From Octopus vulgaris (Eukaryota), in assembly GCA_951406725.2 (NCBI GenBank), contig OX597819.1, positions 87,668,001 through 87,732,000 of the forward strand: a DNA stretch of 64,000 nt, in the 5' to 3' direction. This document shows, in pieces, positions 47,119 through 60,792 of the stretch. Under the pieces are notes generated by a model. The model did no database searches. It had not been told where the DNA came from and saw nothing but the letters and a program-made list of their open reading frames with translations. Within the stretch, counting starts at the first letter, position 1; each line of letters begins with the position of its first letter. The position numbers and the translations under genes are program-made.

Positions 47119-47680
47119 CATCATCATTGTCTGTTTCCCATGCTGGCATGAGTTGGATGGTTTGACATGGGCAGGCTAGCTGGGGAGCTGTTCAGGTTTT
47201 AATTGTCTATTATAGCATGGTTTCTATGGCTGGATGCCCTTCCTAATGCCAACCACTGAACAGAGTGTGGTGGGTGTTTTTTTACATGCCACTGGTACGG
47301 GTGCATTTATGCAGCATGGGTGCTTTTTATGTGGCACCAGCACCTGAAAGGACAAGCCTGTATGTATAGAAGACAGTGATCTTACTTAGCTTGGTGCATC
47401 TTCTCAAGTACAACAAATCACCACATCTTCAGGCCCTTTGTCATTTCCTCAGTGAGGCCCAGTGTCCAAAGATCCTTTCTCACCACTTTGTCCCACACCT
47501 TCCTAGGTTTACCCCTTCAACAGGTTACCTCCACAATTAGAGCTAGGCGCATCTTTATGCAGCTGTCTTGGTCCATACACATCACATGACCAAACCAGCG
47601 CAATCTTCTCTCTTGCACACATCTGATGCCCCTTATACCCAGTTTTCATCGTAAATCATTTACACACTGCCATGCAATGT
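47118..47680 (-). mobile_element. RTE LINE 3' fragment
   Basis: LRWFGHV-type C-terminus and shared 3'UTR; other fragments at ~1290-1500, 1529-1700, 29308-29530, 30300-30745, 54370-54565. Confidence 0.75.
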
Positions 47681-47779
47681 TAAAGTGGCCTTCCTTCACC
47701 ACCAAATTATCTCTTATGTATTACGCCTGTTTTACCTCTCTACACTGCTCCAATAATCTACCAACCAAAACATGTCATC

Positions 47780-48240
47780 TCTCTCACTCTCTGTAGCCTT
47801 CCCAACTCAAGCAACCGCCTCCCCTCAATCCTTACAGATATTGCTTACCTCCCTTTCCCACTTCCCCTATCTCTTCCCCACATACACCCTGGTAAACCCT
47901 CATTTCCCCCACCTGCTTCTACTCCTGTTACCTGAGGTGCCACCAGGACACCTCATCACCACTGTGTGCTTCCTTGGAGATACATCTAATTCATCCTCAT
48001 TCTCTCTCCTGAATATGAGCAGCCATCTAGCTCCTGTAGAAGAAAATCCTCTACTCCAACTTCTTCTCCCATACCTAAACCCCTACCTAACATACAGAAG
48101 CAACATTTTCACTCCCAGGGTTTTTCTGACTTGTGAGATACATGGTGACTTCAATAGTGCCAGTGACACGAAAAATGCATTATATATTATTTTCCCCGTT
48201 GCATTTTTCAATCTGCTATACTCCATCCTTAACACCTCTC
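47780..48240 (+). mobile_element. Decayed Penelope-like element, GIY-YIG region
   Basis: EIHGDFNSASDTKNALYII...NLLY in ORF 47772..48509 resembles the PLE F.C.S.NVIY.I.C..C...YIG motif. Confidence 0.4.
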
Positions 48241-49796
48241 TTATCTCCTGTTATTATCATCACTCTCAATGCCCTTACATATCTACCACAACCCTTGAGC
48301 CACTCCTATATCTCACACCATCATTTGCTACAGTCACCTCTATTCCATCTGTAACCATCTCTACTCCATCTGTTTCACATTCTTATGAAATTTCCCCTCT
48401 AATCACCCCCTTGCCTACTCACCCTGTCCAACCATCTCTACCACTGCACTTATATTCATATCCTACCCACTGTGCCTTGAGCCGACGCCAACCAATAAAT
48501 CCACAGTAGTATGTCACAAACAGAAGACAACAATGCTCAACAATCAGAAACACCAAATATGGAGATCACCAGTGAAGGTAGTGCATAGGTACTTGAAACA
48601 ATCCTTCCTGAATCTTAGTATTGTGCATGACCGAGACCTGTTCAAACAGCCACACACCTGTGGATTCTAACTGCCATGATTACATGATTTTTCATGATAA
48701 TATACAATGCAAAATCACTGAGTTGTTCAACAACTAATTGGGCAAAGTTGCCAGTATGGTTGGGGGTCAGTGACAGTGAAATCTTGACCTACGTAACAGT
48801 CAGAAAATTCTCCTGAGAACATTCCATGATAATCAATGGAAACAGTTGAAGAAAGTTGGAGATACAACACAGCTAAGTTGGAGACCTGAGCACAGTCTTC
48901 GCTCTGCTCATAAACCCACTTATACCCAGTTGTTTTTTTTTCTTTTTAGTTAACTTGTGAAGTCATTCATGCAGACAAACATACCATACAACTTTGCACA
49001 CATGTATCAAACAGTATGCACTGCACTTAGAGAGAAAATGTCTCTGTTGCCAATGAAATTCATAGTTCCAGCTATTATATTTGCCATACAGTTGATACAA
49101 TTACGATGGCTCATCATATACTTACTACAAGAAGTAAAGACATTACACTACACCACACAAAAACCAACTCAACAGGAAAACATTAGTGGCCAACACATCT
49201 ATACTTATATTAGCCAATTAATAATGAAGACAATACTTATGAAACAATACAATGCTAAAATAAACACACAGACAACACACACTAGTCGAAAAACAAAAAT
49301 AAGTCTTTAATGACTAATTAATTTAAATCAAAAATTCAAATTTCAACACATTACACACACATACACACATTCATAAATGTACAGGTTTCATAGAACAAAC
49401 AGGATAAATAGAATTCAATACATTATTATATTCATATACACATACATGTATACATACATTACACACACACACGCATACTGATGATGATGGTTGTCTCTCA
49501 TTGTCTGAAAAAGACAGTTCTGCTATTTCTTGCTCAACAACTAGCACAAATGATTTGTTTATAATGATCAAATGTTTGTGCTATACATTCGCTCACTCCC
49601 TCCATCAAATCAATGTAGGCTCAACAGGTGCACAGTGAGCCATATGTCAGGTTTTCCCGTGATGGTAGAGCAACTTGAGATGAAGTGTTTTGTTCAAGAA
49701 CACAATACACCACTCAGTCCAGGAACTGAAACCATGATCTCATCTAAGTGAGCGCAACGCCCTAACTACTAGACCATACGCTCCCACACATACATG

Positions 49797-49831
<35 letters not shown>

Positions 49832-51149
49832 CTATCAAAATTTGATAAGCGTTGTGCATGATATTTTGCCTTAATTTTAGTGAAATGTCTCCTACCATAC
49901 TTTGGCCTTGAAAAAGGAGAATGTTGTCATGTTTTTGCAAAATTTAAATAACACTAATGAATTTTGAAATGGAACACGAATTCCAATAAAAAATAACATA
50001 ATTGAAGGTCATATTATCTCAAAATGGAAAGCATGCTATTGTGTTAAGGATTATACTGAGACCTCCTTGTATACCCTGCTAATCACAATTTCATTACATT
50101 ATCCAATCTAATTGGTTTTCACAATGACTGTCAATAAATCACAATGAAAATTAATGAAACACACCCCAACTGGGTTTCCCAGAACCTTGATTTCATATCA
50201 CATAAAACAGGTGTTTTCTTCCCAACTAATCCATCAGCTCATTTTGCTTTTTGTCGAAAACTACACAGAAAACTGCATTAATAGTGACAATGTTAAAGTT
50301 ACCAATACACTGAAGTTTTTTAGCCTTTAAATCACCATCCACAATACACAAAACAGCTGCTAGCAAACAGGTGTATGTATGTGTGTGTGTATACACACAG
50401 ATATATAAACATACATGCCAAATCAGGCAATAGAGGTTGGTGCAGTCATCTGACTAGCCAGCTCCTGTCAAACCATCCAACCCATGCAGCATGGAAAATG
50501 GACTTTAAATGATGATGATACACAGAGACATTTATACATACATAGCAGTCATCATTTCATCATTTAACATCCACTTTTCCATGATTACATAGGTCAGATG
50601 GAATTTAAGGCAGATTTTCTATGGCTGAATGCCCTTCCTCTCACTAACTTTCACCTGTTTCTAATCAAGGTAATATTTTTCTATTTACCAGGCTGTTTTT
50701 CACAGAAAACTGGAAACTAACAACATTGCTTGTATGATGATGATGTTTGTTTATAACCATCACAAGATGTCAGACAAGATTACACACACACACACACACA
50801 CACAACAGACTCCTTACAGTTTTCATGTTCCAAATCCACTTGCAAGCTCCATGAAGTGGGACTAAACCTAAGACTACATGTCTGGAAAGTAAGCTTCTGA
50901 AACAGTCAACTCTGAATACATGAGGAGTTGTTACACAAAACCTTTGACTTCATCTCTTCGCAGATCCTGACTCCTCTGTTTGTAATTACACTAATGATAT
51001 ATTTCTTACATTGACTGAAAGCACATGATATGCAAAGCCAATGAAGTTCACCATGCTACCTTTTAAGCACCTTAATCAGTTTAAATTTAGGTTTTTATGT
51101 TACTGCACCTTTTATCATTGTTATAATATATCTTCTAACTCAGGTTTTG

Positions 51150-51390
51150 TTGGAACTCCTGTAATGTTGCATGAGTGGCAGGCTTGACACCTGTAGCCTA
51201 TGGTGCCATGCTATTTGTTCTCTGCAACTATCAAGTACTTTCCCGATGATTCTGGTCATCCCAAGGATGACATTTGCAACAACTCTACAGCACACCCAAT
51301 TCCCATTTTCTATATCTTCCTCTAAATATGTTTTGATACTGTCCCTAAGGCCTCAATAATAATTGGATATACACTTCTACTTTATTGTCT
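51150..51390 (-). mobile_element. R4/Dong-like (restriction-like endonuclease) retrotransposon 3' remnant
   Basis: Minus strand reads YPIIIEALGTVSKHI...ELLQ...RIIGKVL, like the R4-clade C-terminus PIVIGALG...LQK..LLGT.RI.RKVL. Confidence 0.55.
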
Positions 51391-51590
51391 TCTTAATGGG
51401 CATAAAACATCAATTACAGAGCATACATGGTTTAATTTGTTCACCACCATTAAGTCTGGTTAGTTGTGCTCAAACACCTGATCCGTTCGCATCAGGAAAT
51501 CTACAGGATTTTGCAAGTTTCTGACTCAGGCACTCTCTGTGGTTTGTGATTGTACCATGACTTGCCTTTCTCTCTCTAACAACAACAACA

Positions 51591-51645
<55 letters not shown>

Positions 51646-51672
51646 TTATTATAATTATTATCATCATCATCA

Positions 51673-51890
51673 AGGCAGTGAGCTGGCAGAATCATTAGCA
51701 CATCAGGCAAAATGATTACCAGCATTTCATCCATCTTTACGTTTTGATTTCAAATTCTACTGAGACAGACTTTGCCTTTCATCCTTTTGAGGTCAATAAA
51801 ATAAGTACCATTTGAGCTCTGGGGTTGATGCAACTGACTTACCCCTCCCCCCCAAAATTGCTGACCTTGTGCTAAAATTTGAAACCATTA
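51673..51890 (+). mobile_element. SINE family B monomer, after (CAA)/(CTA)/(TTA)/(TCA) microsatellite
   Basis: aggcagtgagctggcagaatcattagca...ctttgcctttcatcctttt...gaaacc; similar copies ~340-490, 17210-17420, 22170-22350, 26620-26965, 44990-45205, 46316-46515. Confidence 0.75.
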
Positions 51891-52408
51891 TTATTGTTGT
51901 AGCTACTGTTGTTGTTATTAATTTATTTATTTATTTATTTATTAAAGATGTTACAAAACAATTAAGTATAAAACAACATTTACAAAATTAAAAAGAAAAA
52001 GTTGCTGTTTTATTAAAAGGACCCAAAGTAAGGGATATAAAAGAAATATACCATAAAAATGTTATAAAGAGCATCCGGAATATCTTTAATTACCAGTTCA
52101 AAAATCTAAAGTTTATCAAAGAAAGCTGAACATCTAAAACAACTTAACAAATGACAAGTGAAACTCTGAGGGTACGTAACAAATAAAATAATCAGTTAGT
52201 GGCCAAACTGCATGAGAGTCATTGTAATTCTACATAAATATTTTATTTCAAACACTGTTATATTACTTTTAACATTAGTACAGGATCTTTTTTTATCTTA
52301 CTTCCTTAAATTTTATGTACATTCCAATATATGACTACAAAAGGAAATGATACACATACACAACTGTTCGTGTGTTGTTCCCTTTTATAGTCAACTGTTT
52401 TGTGGAAG

Positions 52409-52466
<58 letters not shown>

Positions 52467-53110
52467 AGTGACTATATATATGTAGGCATATATTACACAC
52501 ATTCACTTAATGACTATAAATACATGTATCTTTACTTCAGGAGAACAGATATCATTCTTCTTTTATCTTTGACTTTTACTTACGCTCTCTCTCTCTCTCA
52601 CACACACATACATACTCACAAACACTAAAATATTGTTCATTCACAAAATGTTACATTGTTATGTTTCATATGTATCTTGTCTGTATGTGTGTTTGTGTGT
52701 GCATCTATTTTCATTTGAATGTTTGTGCTGGTTATTGCACATGTGCATACTTGATTTTCTAATATCTATTCATGAATGGAGTGTGTGTGTGTGTTTAATA
52801 TTTATGTTTTGTCTACGTGTCTAACCACCACAGGGTCCAGTCATTGTCACAGTATGATGGCTTGTGTGCATCAAATGATACTGAGAGCCCTGCCAGCAGA
52901 ACCCAAACTCCTGGTAGGGTCTCCCATGCTGGACAGGCCAAAGAACGACTAATATGAACCACCTATTCTCAAAGGTAAAAAAGGGTTTGCATAGGGCCAA
53001 AACCCCTACCTAGAAAAAAAACAAAGTTACAGAAGCACTGACAACAATTCAGAGCCAACAAGACAGCCCCAAATCAAGAACAGTGTAGAAAAGTGGTTGA
53101 TAATCTATAG

Positions 53111-53450
53111 CAGGGGTTCTCAACCATTTTTTATCTATGGACCCCTTTGAATACTATTTTATTCCGGTGGACCCCCATAGCCATTCAAGGTTTAAAAAGT
53201 AGTTTTATAGAAACATTTTTTCAAAAGTCCTATTTCATTTTTCACACATTCACTTGTGTAGTTTGAACTAAGTAAAACGTTAGAGAAGGAAACAAAGCTG
53301 TTTCTTGCAAGGAAGACATCTAAATCAAAATTTTCCATGGACACTTAAAATACTATGGTGGATCTTCAATTTACTATTTTGCTACCATGAACACCCAAAA
53401 TTATTATATGAGCCCTCAGGTGTCATATGGGCCCTGCTTAAGAGCCACTG
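53111..53450. mobile_element. hAT-type MITE
   Basis: TIRs CAGGGGTTCTCAA / TTAAGAGCCACTG; 8-bp TSD atctatag / ctctatag. Confidence 0.75.
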
Positions 53451-55339
53451 CTCTATAGAAAATGAAGGTCTTAAATAAGTATGTGTCTAAGTTTTGTATG
53501 TGTGTGTTTTCTTAAGTATGTCAGTTTCATTCAGCACAAGTGCCTTGTTTTCTATTGTCTGTTGGCTATCAACAGAGAAAAGAAAAACGTTTCTTTGCTA
53601 TGTTGATATAATCAGGTACAAGATAGCTGTTTTGAGGATTTCAAGGCTCAGGACTATATGGAACTTATATGGAACTTCCTCTAAACTATATGGAACTTCC
53701 TCTAAAATTCAAAAACACACAAACAGGCAAGCAGACATTGAATTTTTTAAATTCAATTATATATATAACCCTTCCTTTTCAAAATTAATCCTTTAGCAAT
53801 TAAACTAGCCATACCTGGCCCAAATTTTCTGCCCGTTTTATGTTCAAACTAGCCAGTTTCAACTTCTTACACCTATGCTACAATGTCATTACAAAAATAA
53901 ACAGTCACACCATCAAAATCTCAAAACTACAAGATAATGCATGATTAATTCAAAACCATGTGAACAGATAAGGATTACATTTGACAGGATAATCTGAATA
54001 CTAAAGGAAATATAAAACTGAAGTGAATGCAATATAAAGATGGCATGAAATGAAATAAAAATTATATTGTAAAGGAGCGAAAACTTTATTTCTACAAAAT
54101 TTATTAAACAAACATATCTACTGAGAAGAGTAACAGTTAAGAAAAATCCAAATCCAAAATTTACTATCATCACATTCTAAGAAACAAAATTGCCTCTTCT
54201 CAATCCTTCTTCATATAAGCCCTTAAATCTGATTTATTTTAAAATTAGTATCCATGAAATTATATAAATTAGTATCTGTGAAAATGGAAAATTTAACACA
54301 TGATATTTTGTGTGTATGTGTGTGTATTGGCTGTGCATGCATAGTTTGTGTGTGTATATTTTGTAAGTCACTGTCATTTAACATCCATGTTTCATGCTGG
54401 CATGGGTTGGACAATTTGACAGGATCTGATAGGCCCAAGAACGGCATTGTGATCTAGTGTCTGTTTTGGCATAGTTTCTATGGCTAGATACCCTTCCTAA
54501 CACCAACACTTCACAGCATGTACTTGGTTTTTGAGCCACCACCACTAGTGAGACCATCATGCAACCTGCAAGACAACAAACCCCATAGGGGGCAACTTTG
54601 TGCTAAAAGATGAAGGGCAAAAGATAGATAAAAGTATGAGAGAAGGGATTACAGCAGAACAGATTTCTTGTTGTAGAGGAGCTCTGTGTGTACATGTGTG
54701 TATGCACATGCACTTTCACATGTGTGTGTGCATGTGCTTTCACATGTGCATGTGTGTGCCTGCGCTTTCACATGTGTCTGTATTTCATTCAGAATTTCAC
54801 ATTTAGATGAAATTGATACATTTTCTCCAACTCTCCATGAATTCACAGCCCAAGATACATACACATACAGCTGTGTGTGTGTGTGTGGTGGAGGAGGCAA
54901 CTGAGAATGAAATTTTGGTGTAAAGATATAAACATTAAAATGTCTGCAAAACAAAAATGCTGTAATCATTATTGATATATGTGTGAAGAAAGTTGTTAGT
55001 GATACAGATAAAATGGATGATTAAAAATGAAGAAAAATAAAACATTAACGGTAGTAGCCGAGTGGAATAAATATATAAGAATAAAACCATAAACAGAGTC
55101 ATTAGATGTTATACCAAGGAAATCATTATGTTAGATTATTTTCTTTGTGCTTGAATAGTTTCGTAAATAATAGGTACAAAGATTTTAGAATCTAGTAAAA
55201 GTTTTTCTAAATCTTTCTTCTTTTAGATAAATCTGTCAATTAACTTATCTCAGGGAAAACAGTAAGCTTTACTAACATTATAAATTGAGACAAAATTAAT
55301 GGATAATGTTAAATTTAAGGATGTCTAAAATTTACAATT

Positions 55340-55381
<42 letters not shown>

Positions 55382-55385
<4 letters not shown>

Positions 55386-55790
55386 CTATTTGTTTACTTG
55401 TTTCAGTCATTTGACTGCGGCCCTGCTGGAGCACCACCTCTAGTCGAGCAAATCGACCCCAAGACTTATTCTTTATAAGCCTAGTACTTATTCTATTGCT
55501 CTCTTTTACCAAACTGCTAAGTTACTGGGATATAAACGCACCAGCATCGGTTGTCAAGCAATGTTGCAGCAGGGAGACAAACACAGACACACAAACATAT
55601 ACATACACACTCACATAGATAATACACAACGGGCTTCTTTCAGTTTCCGCCCACCAAATTCACTCACAAGGCTTTGGTCGGCCCGAGGCTATAGTAGACG
55701 ACACTTCCCTAAGGTGCCACACAATGGGACTGATCCTAGAACCATATGGTTGGTAAGCAAGCTACTTACCACACCGCCACTCCTGTGCCC
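55382..55790 (-). mobile_element. SINE family A, full length
   Basis: Reverse complement of 4467-4869. Confidence 0.85.
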
Positions 55791-57578
55791 ATATGTAATG
55801 TGTGTGTGTGTGTGTGTGTGTGTATGTAGAGAGAGAACAGTACATACAAGAATTGGTAGATTATCATTAAAATATATGAGCAACCAGCCAGCTGAGTTAT
55901 TCATTTGTGGGTCAAATGTTAAGTGACAATTTGTATTTTATTACTAGAATGAAGTAAAGATGTTTCAATGTTACCATACAGTAAATAAGCACTATGTCAT
56001 AGTAGAATTCACTATAAGCAGTTCCATTCCATTTATTGACAAGTGTTTAATTAGTTGGGAGGTCTTTCTACAAAGAAAATATATATAATAATTAGTGCCT
56101 TATTCTACAACACTACAACCCCTCCTCTCTGCTAGAGTAATATATACAAAGGGAAAAGAATAAGAACTATGAAAGTGCTCACAAATATCGACACCCTTTG
56201 ATTCCTATTTTATTCAGGGGAGGGAGACCATCATAATCAGTGATGTCTAAAAACTTCTATTATATTTCTATGATTAAATATTATTAGGAATTATATTTTA
56301 AAAAAGGCATAAATATTTTGTGAAATGTAGAAATATAACCAGTTTATTGCAGATAAATTCTAACACCAAAATCTTATATGGACCCCAATTGAGATCCACT
56401 GTTGTAGATCCTGCTTGTTCTATCTATCTTAAATCACCACCAAATTGTAACTAGCAATTATTGTAACTAAATATTAACAAAACTAACCTTATCAGTTCAG
56501 AATGATCATAAAGTGAGCCCCTTCTCGCCCTCCTCCTTTAGAACAACAAAGTCCTAAATGAAAGAAAAAAAAAAATACATAGAAATTTGAGTGCAACATG
56601 TATTTAATGAGAAACTCGATACATCGATGTGTGTTTGGTCACAAATAGCAGCTACCAGGAGATCAAGTTGGTAATGTTTCTCTCATATACTTATAACATT
56701 GTTCAATCATTACAGCTAGCTACATCAGGGAACTAGTTTTCTAGTGCTAGAGATGAAATAACTAGATAGAGCACATAATAATAGGAAAGAGGTGTGAAAC
56801 GAAGAAAATTGCACAGTCATAAAAACTAACAATGAACAAATGTGTCAAGTAGGAAAGACGAAAGATATTCATGATGGCAATAAAAATACTAATACACAGA
56901 ATATTACTAGTGTGTGTAATATTGCTAAACTTAGTCATAGAGATGTTTTAAAAAATTTCTATTGGTATAGCTTTTGTTAAAATAAATTGTGCTTTCAGTT
57001 TTATGTACAATGAGAATAATTCACATTATTTTATACATTACACACAAACACACACACATTGCATATTAAACAAAACCAAGAAGTCAGTCATATACATTAC
57101 AATAGAGTAATATATATTAATCTAGATGGCTTTCTCAAGGATAATAGCAAGAATGTCAATTTCAAGTTAGCTTTGAATAATTTAAGAGATCTGGAATCTT
57201 CCTCACACATACTCTCTCCCTCTTTTCCTCTCTTAAGCACTTGCTATTTGTGTATAAGAGTCTTAGATGATGAGCTAGAAATTATTCTAAAGAACAAGAG
57301 GGAAAAAGCCCCTGCAAACTTAATACATCATCATCATAAATCAATATATTTAACATGATAGCTAAGCATAAGTATATAAAGTGCTAAAAATATTAAAAAT
57401 GTAGTTACCACAAACAATCATTTTAAGTATTAATAACACTCATTAACAGGAAGAAGAGACAACATATTTGGAAGACTGATGTGCAAAAAAACTCACAAAG
57501 TTAGTCTTCCTAACTTATAAACGTTCTGTTGATGCCATCTTTCTAATTGCAATAGTTTCTTTCATTATGGAATCAGTA

Positions 57579-57960
57579 TGGAAGCACTCCGTCGGTTACG
57601 ACGACGAGGGTTCCGGTTGATCCGAATCAACGGAACAGCCTGCTCATGAAATTAACGTGTAAGTGGCTGAGCACTCCACAGACATGTGTACCCTTAATGT
57701 AGTTCTCGGGGATATTCAGCGTGACACAGAGAGTGACAAGGCCGGCCCTTTGAAATACAGGTACAACAGAAACAGGAAGTAAGAGTGAGAGAAAGTTGTG
57801 GTGAAAGAGTACAGCAGGGATCACCCCACCCCTGTCGGAGCCTCGTGGAGCTTTAGGTGTTTTCGCTCAATAAACACTCACAACGCCCGGTCTGGGAATC
57901 GAAACCGTGATCCTACGACTGTGAGTCCGCTGCCCTAACCACTGGGCCATTGCGCCTCCA
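57579..57960 (-). mobile_element. Young tRNA-derived SINE, family C, with TSD
   Basis: Head TGGAGGCGCAATGGCCCAGTGGTTAGG...GGTTTCGATTCCC (box A/B); TSD aatcagta at 57571-57578 and 57962-57969; CpGs retained. Confidence 0.85.
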
Positions 57961-58249
57961 AAATCAGTAAATCAGCAAAAGAATGATGAACAAGTAAACA
58001 AGTAGTAACTTAGAATCATCTTTTGCCAGAATCACCTATCAAAAAGTAACAGAAAAAAAAGATATTTGGATAAATGATTGGACTAAAATGAAATGAATGG
58101 CAACTCCCTCAATACTAGCACAGGAATCTTTGGACAGTGGGCTTTCCTTTTTCCTTCTTAACTTTCTTCGACTAAAACTGACTACTGTATTTGATATGAC
58201 ACATTACCAGATATGAAAAAAAAAAAGATACATATATTTAAAAACTGTC

Positions 58250-58692
58250 ATTGAGATGATAAAAGCATTATAACAATATGGTTAGAAAACTGATAGATGT
58301 AGTAAACAAGATCTATGATGATGAGAAATTTCCAGAAGTCTGAGTAAATCCATCTTTACTGCACTCAAAGAAATCAGAAGTTGTGCACAGTAAACAACAT
58401 TGCACAGTTAATCTCATGAGTCACACTACAAAGATCATTCTGAGAATTTTACTTCTGTGGGCAAGAAGTAGAATAACACTTGAGATTGGAATTGAACAGT
58501 TTGGCTTTTATAAGGGGTGCTGGTGCTAGTAATGCTATTTTTGTATTGAGAATGTTAACGAAGCAGGTGGTAGAGATGCAAAAAGACATCTTCATGTGTT
58601 TCATAGCTTACACAAAGGCCTTCTACAAAGTAAGACTTAGCATGTTATTTGAAGAACTCAGTAACCTTTATCTGCATAGGAAAGCCCTCTGA
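58250..58692 (+). mobile_element. Decayed RTE/BovB-like RT fragment
   Basis: LMSHTTKIILRIL...FIRGAGASNAIFVLRML...DIFMCFIAYTKAF. Confidence 0.75.
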
Positions 58693-58735
58693 ATATTGCA
58701 GAGCCAACAGCAACAGCAACAATAATAAAAATAAA

Positions 58736-58799
<64 letters not shown>

Positions 58800-58802
<3 letters not shown>

Positions 58803-59322
58803 GCCCTGATACTGTACCAGGCAGTGGCTCCCATGGCTTTAGATCTTAACTGATTGGAAGTGTTATCATGAGATGGGCTACAGCAAATATTCTGCTCAAT
58901 ACCACAGATTTACTTGTCAGTTGCTTGACCTTAACCAGTTGAGCATGTCCCGTAGCAGCTGACAATATGTGCACCTCTGATCATGAGCAGAAGTAGTAGG
59001 GGAGCATCATAGTTATGTGTTGAGAGGAATTCTTTGGGTTTTAGATAATTCACTGCTGGAAACATGGGTTCACCTTTAAACAAACCTTATTCAGGGACCT
59101 TTTGAGTGGGATAGGCTACTCAACCTGAAGAAGATTCTAACTGGGCCCCACCTGAAAGGTCATGCACTGTTTATCTTGATAGAAAATCATTATGTCATGC
59201 ACATATGGTTCTGATGCATGTGCCTGGTGTACCCTTATCAGACAGGTAGTCATGATGGGTATATCGGGCTTCTTATATTTGTACCCCAGTGTCACTTTGA
59301 TGGCATACACTGCTCTCTCACA
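58800..59322 (+). mobile_element. Non-coding ~520-bp element embedded in (TAA)n
   Basis: (TAA)n on both sides; partial copies at 28535-28800 and 26995-27065 also abut (TTA)n. Confidence 0.7.
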
Positions 59323-60560
59323 TAATAATAATAATAATAATAATGAGAGTAAATTATTTTACTAGGTTGATGACTTATTAGCAAAATATTTGAATATCTG
59401 TGGTAGGAAATTCAAAGGAAGTTCATATAAAAAAAAAAGGATATAACTAAGACTGTATCTATTTAAAGAATATATCAAACATCCAAGAAACTGTAACTAG
59501 CCACTTCAGCTTCTATTGCTGTTCTCATACAATTCAAGCAATAACAAATCAGGTTAACAGTAAAAGACTTTCCAATTTAGTCATTTTAGTTAAGAGGGTT
59601 TCTATTAAAGTATAAAAAGATGTATCAAACAAAAGTTGGATGTACTGAACACATATTTATTCTTAACAGATCAACTTCATTGTTTAATGTCCACTTCTCC
59701 ATGCTTGCATTATTGAGGCTGAATTTGTTGAAATGGATTTTCTGCAACCAGAGGTTGTCCCTGTCACCAACCCTCACTTGTTTTCAAGTAAAGTAATATT
59801 CCCCTATGACTAGACATATTTTCACAGAAGACACCACTTATATGACAGTGACATTTGTTTACAACTCATGCACACACACAAACACGATAGGCTTCTTTCA
59901 GTTTCTGCATATCAAATCCATTCATAATGCTTTGGTTGACCTGGGGGACAGTAGAAGCCACTTGCTCAAAGTACCATGCAGCAGGACTGAAACCAGGACC
60001 ATGAGATTCAGGAAATAAACTTCTCACCACACAGCCATTCTTGCTACACCTATAATGATAAAGTTTTGAAGTAGAAACTTTCACATGGAATCTTATCCTC
60101 CAAAGATAACCAAAGACAAACAGTTTAACAGACATGACGACACAAATGCAGTTATAGTCATTGTTGCAGCTTAGCCTTAATTCAGCTCTGCTTAAGCATA
60201 CCTATGATCAAAGGCATTCGAGGTAGGGCCATCCTGTCATTTTAGATAAGCTAGGAATACAATACCTATTTCTAGGAGGTCACTAACCACATATAGATCC
60301 TTTTTATTGGCCAGTACAAACATTATTGTTGTGGTTTAGCTCCAGGTCAGTATACCTATGACCAAAGGCATTTCAATTATAACCATCATGTCTTCAGGGA
60401 GGGTAATGCAGAACATTATCTATGTTCATCCTTCTTTTTTTTAAGATAGTAAAGTGTGATTAGGGGAAGATTTGATTGCTGTTTCCAGCAGATCAAGTGA
60501 GTGTACTTAACAACATAGCGGAAGATCTCAAGATTTTGTACTTCTTTATATCAAGATTGT

Positions 60561-60792
60561 TTAACCCTTTTGTTGACATATATCTGTTGAAATATATTGC
60601 TTTTTTTTTTCAATAACTTGCAAATATAATGAAGAATTTACTAATATAGCTTTGTTACTAATAAGGTGGTGTTTACAACACAAATTAACATGAGATTTTA
60701 ATGGAAGGTTTAAATTTAGATCACTTTAAAACAGGAAGTTTATATTGTAGAAGCAGAGGCTGATTCAGACAAACTGGTATCAAAAGAGTTAA
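60561..60792. mobile_element. Second piggyBac-type MITE family
   Basis: TTAA|CCCTTTTG...CAAAAGAG|TTAA; related to ~21991-22440. Confidence 0.6.

Noticed and set aside
57885-57960. tRNA gene
   Set aside because: tRNA-like head of a SINE with body and TSD; no proper acceptor stem.
59120-59165. CTGAAGA...GAAA hammerhead candidate
   Set aside because: Stem I cannot pair and stems II/III are minimal; likely chance.
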